DNA from: Chiloscyllium plagiosum
Lineage: Eukaryota
NCBI RefSeq assembly: GCF_004010195.1
Contig: NC_057718.1
Location: 66,092,770 to 66,144,767, forward strand
Direction: 5' to 3'
DNA length: 51,998 nt
The notes under the pieces were generated by a model. It was not told the origin of the DNA. It saw nothing but the letters and a program-made list of their open reading frames with translations, and made no database searches. The position numbers and the translations under genes are program-made. Of this stretch, positions 13,371 to 23,832 are shown in pieces (the stretch's first letter is position 1; each line of letters starts with the position of its first letter).

Positions 13371-13904
13371 CTTTGAGGGCAAAGGTAGATAACTTCTTGA
13401 AGAAAGGGAATCCCTCCAAGGTTATCAATGGTGGGTGAAAATGTGGAATTTGAAACAGAGATCTCATTGAAAGATATAGCCGGCTCAAGAGGCTCTGCTC
13501 CTAATTGATATGTTCATATATTGATTTACAAGGATGATGTCAAGAATGGTTGAAGCATCATAAGATTAATTTATAAAAGGGTTAAAACAAAGTTGGTAAA
13601 TTTTGAGTTTTCAAAAATCATTTGGTTAAGTGCCGCATGAAAAATGTTTTTGTTCACTTTTTGCTGGTGGGTAGACCAACACTTATAGCACGTTCCATGT
13701 TGCCCTTGAGAAGGTGGTGTCAAGTTGCCTTCTTGAGCGATTGCAATTCATGTGTTTTAGGTAGACCCAGAAATAATGTTAGAGAGGGAGTTCCAGGATT
13801 TCAGTCTAATGAAAGTGAAGAAACTGCAATACCTTTACAACTCAGGATGGTGAGTGGCTGGAGGGGAATTTGCCATTGCTGGTATTTCCATGTACTTTGT
13901 TTGT

Positions 13905-14215
13905 TATTCATTCACAGGATGAGGGCATTACTTGCAATTCAAGCATTTATTATCCAATCCTAATTGCCCAAAGGCTAGTGTCAACCACATTGCTATTAGT
14001 ATAGAGTCACATGTAGGCTAGACCAGGTGAGGATAGTACTTTTGTTCCCTAAAGGATATTTGTTATCCAGATGTGTTTTTCCAACAATTGATGTGGCTTC
14101 ATGACCATTTAGACTGTTAATTCCAGGTTTTATTGAACTCAAATTCCATGCTGTGAACATTACTTGTGTCTCTGGATTTAAAGTCCAACAATTACACAAT
14201 TACGCTGTCTCCTCC
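13905..14215 (-). mobile_element. SINE-like element sharing its 3' tail with the second LINE family
   Basis: Core 'catctggataacaaatatcctttaggg...cctcacctggtctagcctacatgtgactc' recurs at 19600-19670 and 44560-44640; tail 'gggcaattaggattggataataaatgct...gaatgaata' as at 4810-4870. Confidence 0.6.
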
Positions 14216-15703
14216 CTTGCTGCCCTTGCCCTCCTAAATGCAAGTGTCCGTGCATTTGAAAGGTGCTGTCTCGGGTTCTATGGCATATTTCTGCTCTGTA
14301 TATTGTAAATCATTACACACTGCTGTTACTGAGCATCAGTGGTCGAGAGTAGATGTTTGTGTGTGAGATGCCTACAGGCTGCTTTGTCATGGATGGTGAA
14401 AATCTTCTTGAGTGTTGTCAGAGCTGCAGTTATTTCAGCAAGTGGGGAGTGTACCATTACCCCCTGACTTGTGCCTTGTAGGAGGACATGCTTTGGAGAG
14501 GCAGAAGGTGAGTTATTCTGTGCAATATTCTTAGCCTCTGGCTTGCTATTGTAGCTACTGTATTTAGTTGGTGAGTACATTTGTGTTTCTGGTCAGTCAT
14601 AACCGCCAGGAATGTGATAGTGGGGGATTTAGTGATGGCAATTCTATTGAATGTCAAGAAGTGGTTGCATTGTCTCTTTTAGGGGATGGCATTGTCTGGC
14701 ATTTGTGTGGCCAGAATGTTGCTTGAAATGCTTCACCTCAAACTTAGATGTTGTCAATGCATTGTTGCATTTGATTACTTCGGTATGTGGGGTGTTCCGA
14801 ATGGTGGTGAATATTATGCATTGATTGGCGAATATTCAAACTGTGACCTGATGGTAGAGGGAAGGTCATTGATGAAGGAGTTGAAGATGGAGGGCTTAGG
14901 ACACTGCTCTGAGGAACCCCTGTAAAAATGTGCCAGAGCTGAGATGACTGATCTCCAACAACCACAAGTATTTTGCTATGTGCTAGGTATGACTCCAACT
15001 AGCAAGAGAGCTTTTCTCCTGATTCTCCAGTTGTACTAGCGCCACACTCAGTCAAGTTTAATCTTGATGTTAAGGGCTGTCACTCTCACTTCAGCTCTGA
15101 AATTCAGCTCATAGGTTCATGTTTCAACTCAAGTTGTAATGAGGTCAAGAGCTGAGTGGCCCTGGCAAAACCCAAACTGGGCATCAGTGAGCAGGTTCTT
15201 GCGAAGCAAGTGCTGCGTCATAGCATTGTTTGAGACTAGACCATTGGGATGATAATTGACCAAATTGGATTTGTTATGCTTTTAGTTTATAAGACATAAC
15301 TGGTCAGTTTTCCGTATTGTTGAGTGGATGCCATTGTTGTAGCTGTAGCAGAACAACTTAACGAGTACTGCAGCAAGTCTTCAGTACTGTTGCTGAAATG
15401 TTGTCAAGATCCATAACCTTTGTAGTATGCATGCTTTCAACCATTTCTTGATATGTGGAATGAATCAAATTGTCTGAAGACTGGCAGCCATGATGCTGGG
15501 ACCTATGGAGGAAGCCAAGATGAATCATCCACAAGGCAAGTCTGCCTAAACATTGCTGCAAATAAGGTGCTGGAATCTTCCATCGTTGAGGATGGGGTTA
15601 TTTATGGTGCCTCCTCCTCCAGTGAGTTGTTTAGTAGTCCACTACCAATCACGACTGGCTGTGGCAGGACTATTTGCCCATTTCTAGGACCTTTCACTGG
15701 ACC

Positions 15704-15818
15704 TAGCTCCTGGCACTGCCCTCCCCTTTAACCCTCACTCACCGGAATATAGTTCCTGGCACTGCCCTCCCCTTTAACCCTCACTCACCGGAGTGTAGCT
15801 CCTGGCACTGCCCTCCCC
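15704..15818. repeat. 46-bp minisatellite, 2.5 copies
   Basis: Unit tagctcctggcactgccctcccctttaaccctcactcaccggaata starting at 15704, 15750, 15796. Confidence 0.9.
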
Positions 15819-16159
15819 GTAGTTCTGATTTCTCTTCACAGGTGCTGTCAGACCTACTGAGCTTTTCCAGCAACTTTTGTTTTTCAGTCCTATTTGGTAG
15901 CTTCAGCAAGTTGTCACCTCAGTTTTTTGGTGTACCTGGTGCTGTTCCTGGTGTGCCTTCCACACACTTCATTGAACTGGGGTGATCCCATGGCTTTAGA
16001 GTAAGGATAGGGTGGAGAATATGTTGGGATACATTGTGTTGGAGTAGGATTCTGCTGCTGCTGTTGGTGGCCCATACCACCTCATGGATATCCAATCTTG
16101 AGTTACTAAATCTGTTAAAAGTCTGTGTCATTTAGCACAGTGATAGTGCCATACAACAC

Positions 16160-16880
16160 TAAATTTACAAAGAAGTCTTGATCAATTAGGTCAATGAGCT
16201 GAAGAGTGGCAAAAGGAGTTTATTTTGGGCAAATGACATTTGCATTTTGATAAAACAAACAAAGGCATGACTTATACACTTAAAAGTAGGGCCTTGGGTA
16301 GAACAGAGACTGAAGGGTTCAGGAATATAATTCTTTGACATTTACATCATATATTGATAGGGTGGTTAGGAAGGCACATAGCATGCTTGACTTCATTGCT
16401 TAGATGTTTGAGTGTAGGAGTTGAGACATTATGTTTAGATTGTACAGGAAGCTGGTGAGGCCATTGTAGGAAGGATATTATTAAGCTGGAAGAGGTTTAG
16501 AAGATATTTACCAGGATGTTGCCGGGAATGGAGAGTTTGAGTTATACGGAAAGGCTGCATAGGCTGAGACCTCTTTCACTGGAGTGTAGGAAGTTGAGAG
16601 GTAACCTTATGGACATTTTTAAAATCATGAGGGGTATAGAGAAGGTGAATGGCAGGTGTCTTTTCCCCATGATGGGGGTTTCAAGACTGGGGCATATTTT
16701 TAAGGTGAGAGAAAAAATATTTTAAAAAGACTTTGGGGCAATTAGCTTGTGGCATAAACCACCAGAGCAAGTGGTGGATGCGCGTACAGTGGGCAAATGG
16801 GGCTAGTTTAGTTTGGGATTATGTTCAGCATGGAATGGTTGGACCAAAGGGTCTGTTTTCGTGCTGTATGACTCTAACAT
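16160..16880 (+). mobile_element. 5'-truncated CR1/HER1-like LINE
   Basis: MLPGMESLSYTERLHRL...RKLRGNL; 3' end 'ggaccaaagggtctgttttcgtgctgtatgactcta'. Confidence 0.85.
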
Positions 16881-17280
16881 GATTGAAGGCATTCTCAATG
16901 TGAAAGCGGGACTTTATCTCTACAAAGAATGGGTGGTGTTCACTCTTACTGATACTTTCATGGACAGATCCATCTGCTGTAAGTATATTGTTGAGGGTGA
17001 CGTTGAAATATCTCAAAAAGCTTAGCTGGAAAGGAATATAATTTATACTACTTACGGCATATATAGGCTACTCCCAGCCTGGGACAGACTGTATCTTTGT
17101 CTTGTATCAGAAGTGTTAGCATACATAAGTGATCATTTTTCATTCCCATTACCATTACTTTCCATTATTAACCACCACCAATGAATCATCCATGTTTCCA
17201 ATTGAATCTTATGTGCAAAGCCCATTAAGAACATCAAAAGTGAGAGAGAAGTAGGGCAGGAAAGCATGTTCAGAGATTTT

Positions 17281-17840
17281 ATTACACACCTCTAGAGCAG
17301 GCGGGACTTAAATCCAAGCCTCCATAGTCCAAAGGTCGGGATACTACTACTGTGTCACAAGGGCCCTTGAATTTTACTTTATTTTTGTTTAATATTTTTT
17401 ATATCCAGATGTTTTTTCTTCCCATCACCAAATCACTGTGACTTTATTTTTTTTTGGTTTTAGCTATTCATTTCCCCAGGTAAGTTAAATGTGTGCCCAA
17501 TTAGATATTTGCGTACATGGCCTGTTCAGGGCAATGCACACCATCGAAAATGAAGGTGAGGTTGAGATCCTGAAGTCTACTTTGTTATTTGTTAAATCAA
17601 CCTGTTCAGAAATGTTATTGCACACTGCTGGAGCATGTGCGACTTGAACCCAGGACTTCTGGTTCAGAGGGATAGACACCACCACTGCAACACAAGAGTC
17701 TCTGGGACCTGCTACTTTTTATATATATTTGCCAATCAAACTGTTTAAATGTGTTATGGTACACCTCTGGAGCAGGTAGGACTTGAACCAAGGCCTCCTG
17801 TCTCAGAGATAGGGACATTCCCATTGCGCCACTAGAGCCT
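17281..17840 (-). mobile_element. Three tandem tRNA-like Pol III modules (SINE heads or tRNA-derived repeat)
   Basis: Units at about 17281-17367, 17612-17700, 17750-17840; minus strand shows A box tggcgcaatgg, B box ggttcaagtcc and a shared 'cctgctccagaggtgt' extension. Confidence 0.7.
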
Positions 17841-18289
17841 CCATAAATATTCTTAATATATACGTTGGCAGGATTTGAATCTGGGTCCCCAGAACTTAGC
17901 TGACTTTCTGGATCAGTAGTCTAGTCATAATACCACTGGATCACTGCCTCACCCCGAGTCTTTTTTTTCTGGTCTTATATGCTACTGAACAGTTTTCTTC
18001 CAACCCCAAACCACAGTGACTTTTATTTTAGTTTTAACTGCCACTTGGGAAACACTTGTATAGCTGGGGTCTGCCAGATTTCTTTTCTATATCTGGAATT
18101 ACCCTTAGACACAACCGAACAACTTTCCCACCAAGGGGTCTGCTTTTTTAAAAAAAAAATTTATATGCTGTCTGCTTTATAAAGGTGTCAGGTGATGAGT
18201 TTCAGCCAAGTAGACCATTGCCTGTTACCAAGGGAAATCATACTCAATGATTTCATGAGATGATTAATTAGTGATTCCCCCATAGGCCT

Positions 18290-18650
18290 TGGAGGGATTA
18301 CCACAGAGGTGAAGCATATGTTTCTGAATTGTTGGTTCTTTCTCTACCTGCCACAGTCCCAGTCTAGCAGCTGTGTCCTTTAGGATTCCGATCACCTTGA
18401 TCAATAGTGCTGCTGCTGAGCCACTCTTGATGGTGGACATTGAAATCCTGCAGCCAGAAGACATTCTGTGCTTTTCCATCCTCAGTGCTTCCTCCAACAT
18501 GATCATTATCTGAGGGAGAAGGGACATGGTAATTAGCAAGTGGCTTCCCTGCCCATGTTTGTCTGATGCCATGAGACTTAAAGGTGTCCAGAATCAATGT
18601 TGAGGACTCTCAGGGTAATTCCCTCTCAACTGTATACCACTGTGCCACAG
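18290..18650 (-). mobile_element. APE endonuclease fragment of second LINE family
   Basis: 'AQNVFWLQDFNVHHQEWLSS' (GDFN-like motif), 'ARLGLWQVEKEPT'. Confidence 0.7.
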
Positions 18651-19429
18651 CCTTGATTTCAAGTTTAATTCGAACTTGAATTTTAATCCTGACATTATCC
18701 TCATAAACCTTAACATTCACTTAGGTTGAACACATTTGCCACGATATCTGTCCGTGATTTCCTTCAGTCTTCTGCGTTCCTTCATAACTTGTGTTTGATG
18801 TATTGGCAATTTTGATATTAAGCAGGATCTCGTCGACACTTGATTATATAGAATACATGAGCTGTGCTAACATAGATTCCTGAAACATACAGCATTTATA
18901 TCATATTAATCCATAAAATATTCATTTAAACTTATACTTTTTATTCTATCTTGCAATTATCCTTCTATTTGTGCTAACACCTTATCTTTCATAACATAGA
19001 TTTTAATCTATGCAACATGTTTTCATGCAGCTGAACTATTATTCATGATTGATGTAATGTGGGTAAACTAATATAATCACCTTCAGTATAAAAATAACAG
19101 TATGCCTGCCCATTAAAAGCTAATCTTTTTCTGACCTTAAATAAAGTAAATATATATCATATGTACTTTCGCAACATTGATCAATTTCCACATTAACCAT
19201 AGACATACAATGTAGTTTTTTTTGTACTACAGCTTTCTCACTCCTGTAGATGCAAATGTGTACCTGCAGATGGAGTTATTCCAAGATCGTGCCCATAATA
19301 CTTCCAGTACGAGTTTGTGCTCTTTCTTGTTGTAGGCCTACAATCAGCAATGCTTTTGAGTGATCAGTTTCTTGGGAGCAGTGTCACATTTTGATCAGTA
19401 TTTGCAAACTTTCTAAATTACTAACAATA

Positions 19430-19775
19430 GGAGTGCTTATGTTAGTGGAATAATGATCCTGATACTTGAGTTTACAGAGAGAATCTGAAATCATATCCCA
19501 CAACAACATGTTGGAAAATTTGAATTTAATTTTTAAAATGCAAACATTAAATGCTGACATCAGTACAAATAGCCATAAAGTTATTGATTATCATAAAACC
19601 CAAACTGGGTCAATAGTATTTTACAGGGAATATAACTGTTATCCTTACCTGGCCTGGTTTACATATTATAATAGTCTTACTCCACTTTGGTTAACTTTAT
19701 ACCCCTCGAAGTGGTGTAGTAAATTACTTTCTTGTGCTGAAGTATAAGAAGGCTCACCACCTTGTATTTTAACAT
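19430..19775 (+). mobile_element. Old SINE-like copy (same family as 13905-14215)
   Basis: 'aaactgggtcaatagtattttacaggg...ccttacctggcctggtttacat' core. Confidence 0.5.
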
Positions 19776-19830
19776 TCTTTTGACAGTGTATTTAATTCTG
19801 TTTTAAAACCAGGCTTAAGATAACATTTTA

Positions 19831-22702
19831 TGCAGATGGATCATTGGAATCTCTTTTGGGGTAGAAGTGACTTGTACAAGAAGGACAGATTGCACCTAAA
19901 CTGGAAGGGGATTAATATACTGGCAGGGAGATTTGCTAGAGCTGCTCGAGAAGATTTAAACTAGTAAGGTGGGTGGGTGGGACCCAGGGAGTTAATGAGG
20001 AAAGCGATCAATCTGAGACTAGTACAATTGAAACCAGAAGCGAGTCAAACAGTCAGGGCAGGCAGGGACAAGGTAGGACTAGTAAATTAAACTGCATTTA
20101 TTTCAATGCAAGGGGCCTAACAGGGAAGGCAGATGAACTCAGGGCATGGTTAGGAACATGGGACAGGGATATCATAGCAATTACAGAAACATGGCTCAGG
20201 GATGGCAGGACTGGCAGCTTATGTTCCAGGATACAAATGCAACAGGAAGGATAGAAAGGGAGGTTAGAGAGGAGGGGGAGTGGCGTTTTTGATAAGGGAT
20301 AGCATCACAGCTGTGCTGAGGGAGGATATTACTGGAAATACATCCAGGGAAGTTATTTGGGTGGAACTGAAAAATAAGAAAGGGATGATCACCTTATTGG
20401 GATTGTATTATAGACCCCTTAATAGTCAGAGGGAAATTGAGAAACAAACTTGTAAGGAGATCTCAGCTATATGTAAGAATACTAGGGTGGTTATGGTAGG
20501 GGGTTTTAACTTTCCAAACATAGACCGGGACCGCCATAGTGTTAGGGGTTTAGATGGAGAGGAATTGGTTAAGTGTGTACAAGAAAATTTTCTGATTCAG
20601 TATGTGAATGTACCTACTAGAGAAGGTGCAAAACTTGACCTACTCTTGGGAAATAAGGCAGGGCAGGAAACTGAGGTGTCAGTGGGGGAGCACTTTGGGG
20701 CCAGCGACCATAATTCTGCTAGATTTTTTAAAATGATGGAAAAGGATAGACCAGATCTACAAGTTGAAGTTCTAAATTGGAGAAAGGCCAATTTTGACAG
20801 TATTAGGCAAGAACTTTCAAAAGCTGATTGGGGGCAGATGTTCGCAGGTAAAGGGACAGCTGGAAAATGGGAAGCATTCAGAAATGAGATAACGCGAATC
20901 CAGAGAAAGTATATTCCTGTTAGGGTGAAAGAAAAGGCTGGTAGGTATAGGGAATGCTGGATGACTAAAGAAGTTGAGGCTTTGGTTAAGAAAAAGAAGG
21001 AAGCATATGTTATGTCTCGACAGGATAGATCGAGTGAATCCTTAGAAGAGTATAAAGGCAGTAGGAGTATACTTAAGAGGGAAATCAGGATGGCAAAAAA
21101 GGGACATGAGATAGCTTTGGCAAATAGAATTAAGGAGAATCCAAAGGGTTTTTACAAATACATTAAGGACAAAGTGGAGAAATCCCCAGGACCTGATCAG
21201 GTGTACCCGAGAACTCTGTGGAAAGCTAGAGAAGTGATTGCTGGGCCTGTTGCTGAGATATTTGTATCGAGGTTGGCTAACATGGTGCCACTATTTAAGA
21301 AGGGTGGTAAGGCCAAGCCAGGGAATTATAGACCAGTGAGCCTGACATCGGTGATGAGCAAGTTGGTGGGGGGAATCCTGAGGGACAGGATGTACATGTA
21401 TTTGGAAAGGCAAGGACTGATTAGGGATAGTCTTTGTGCGTGGGAAGTCATGTCTCACAAACTTGATTGAGTTTTTTGAAGAAGTAACAAGATTGATGAG
21501 GGCAGAGCAGTAGATGTGATCTACATGGACTTCAGTAAGGCATTCGACAAGGTTCCCCATTGGGAGACTGGTTAGCAAAGTTAGATCTTATGGAATACAG
21601 GGAGAACTAGCCACTTGGATACAGAACTGGCTCAAAGGTAGAAGACAGAGGGTGGTGGTGGAGGGTAGTTTTTCAGACTGGAGGCCTGTGACCAGTGGAG
21701 TGCCACAAGGATCGGTGCTGGGTGCTCTAATTTTTCTCATTTACATAAATGATTTGGGCGCGAGCATAAGAGGTACAGTTAGTAAGTTTGCAGATGACAC
21801 CAGAATTGGAGGTGTAGTGGACAGCGAAGAAGATTACCTCAAATTACAACAGGATCTGGATCAGATGGGCCAATGGGCTGAGAAGTGGCAGGTGGAGTTT
21901 ATTTCAGATAAATGCAAGGTGCTGCATTTTGCGAAAGCAAATGTTAGCAGGACTTGTACACTTAATGGTAAGGCCCTAGGGAGTGTTGCTGAACAAAAAG
22001 ACCTTGGAGTGCAGGTTCATAGCTCCTTGAAAATGGAGTCGCAGATAGATAGGATAGTGAAAAAGGTTTTTGGTATGCTTTCCTTTATTGGTCAGAGTAT
22101 TGAGTACAGGAGTTGGGAGGTCATGTTGCGGCTGTACAGGACATTGGTTAGGCCACTGTTGGAATGTTGCGTGCAATTCTGGTCTCAATTGGAAAGATGT
22201 TGTGGAAGTTGAAAGGGTTCAGAAAAGATTGTCAAGGATGTTGCCAGGGTTGAAGGATTTGAGCTATAGGGAGGGGCTGAACAGGCTGGGGCTGTTTTCT
22301 CTGGAGTGTCGGAGGCTGAGGGGTGACCTTATAAAGGCTTACAAAATTATGAGGGGCATAGATAGGGTAAATAGACAAAGTCTTTTCCCTGGGGCGGGGG
22401 AGTCCAGAACTAGAGGGCATAGATTTAGGGTGAGAGGGGAAAGACATAAAAAATACCTAAGGGGCAACTTTTTCACGTAGAGGGTGGTACATGAGGGTGG
22501 AATCAGCTGCCAGAGGAAGTGGTGAGGCTGATACAATTACAACATTTAAGAGGCATTAGGATGCGTATATGAATAGCAAGGGTTTGGAGGGATATGGGCC
22601 GGGTGCTGGCAGGTGGGACTAGATTGGGTTGGGATATCTGGTCGGCACAGACGGGTTGGACCGAAGGGTCTGTTTCCGTACTGTACATCTCTATAACTCT
22701 AT
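19831..22702 (+). mobile_element. HER1/CR1 LINE: ORF1 3' end + disrupted ORF2 (APE + RT) + 3' UTR
   Basis: ORF1 end (DRLHLNWKGINILAGRF...EDLN*); APE (YFNARGL, IAITETWL, YYRP, ASDHN); RT ([24 protein letters not shown]); frameshifts and internal deletions; ataactctat tail. Confidence 0.95.
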
Positions 22703-23832
22703 TTAAGCATATTTTCCAGGGCAATTCTCTACATGTTATCTCATATTATATATTTTTCTCATTCTACATTTAGAATATTATTTTCTTGGAAATGCTGAAT
22801 ACTAAGTTCTCCATTTTTCTGCAGAGTTGAATGCTGATTTGAAATGAATGTCTTTCTATATGAGCGCTCTTCTATTTCTCAGCTTACGAACAGCCAGCAT
22901 GGCAAAAAATATTAGCTGAATAAAATATTATTTCAATGTTCGACTTTGTACCAAAGGCTAAATCTTCCTGCATCTCTTTAAAGCAACAAACACTGGTCAA
23001 AATTTCACAATTTTTTTGTTGAGGTCTCTCTGGAGGAATCAGACAGCATAAAATGGGACACTTGAAAACAGCCATTCTTCTGAGCAATATCAAATACTGG
23101 CAAGTCTACTGTTGTATTATTGTGGTCCTCAGAAAGGCATTATACCTTTAAGGCAGCTAGGTAGCATCACAACATGTGACACCCTAGTATTGGTGTATCT
23201 CACTCCTTATACATTCTGTTAGTTGACAGTTGATTTGTTAGCAAGCAGCCAGCTAGGTAGTCAGTCAATTAACTATGTGAAAAATGTAAATCTAATCTAA
23301 GCAAGCACAGCGCCCTGTCTATATATGCAAATATGCGATGGTGTATTTGTGTGTATAGTTAGTTTTTTATAAACTTCTAGATATGGGACTCATAAATCTG
23401 ACACTTTCTGCTGTATATAATGTGGGGAAATAAATAGAAAAGCATGAAGCTCATCATGGCTGCAGCAAGTGATCACATCAATTGTTTGTGACGTGTCTGT
23501 CTAGGTCAGCTCCAACATTATCTTCAAAGTTGGAGTTTCACCCATGCTCACGCCAATCATACTCCGCTCCAAAGCGTTCCCTCAGCTTACCCTAACTGAT
23601 TTAAATGGACAAGTTCTAAAGCACTGTGATGTATGGATGTTCTGTTTTATTGCTGCATCCATCTCATCCATCTAAGCATGTCAGAGTCACAGTACAAGAT
23701 AATAAATTGTGTAGAATGAGATAGATAAAAGCCACAACATAATGAGATACCATTGGTTTGCTTTGTCCCACAGTTCCCAAACATTCTTTGAAGTGTACAG
23801 GTAGGCAGAGGGATATTACTTCCAATGATGAA

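Larger units (their letters stand above)
13655..16160 (-). mobile_element. Second CR1/L2-group LINE family, decayed ORF2 + 3' end, with nested inserts
   Basis: 'ESYLAHSKILVVVGDQSS...GVPQSSVLSP' (14744-14998); 'YKAQVR' (14457-14657). Confidence 0.8.

Noticed and set aside
15704..15818. CRISPR-like array
   Set aside because: Contiguous tandem units without unique spacers; eukaryotic context and no cas genes.
20280..21470. 396-aa ORF as a host or domesticated gene
   Set aside because: It is LINE ORF2 flanked by frameshifted parts of the same element.
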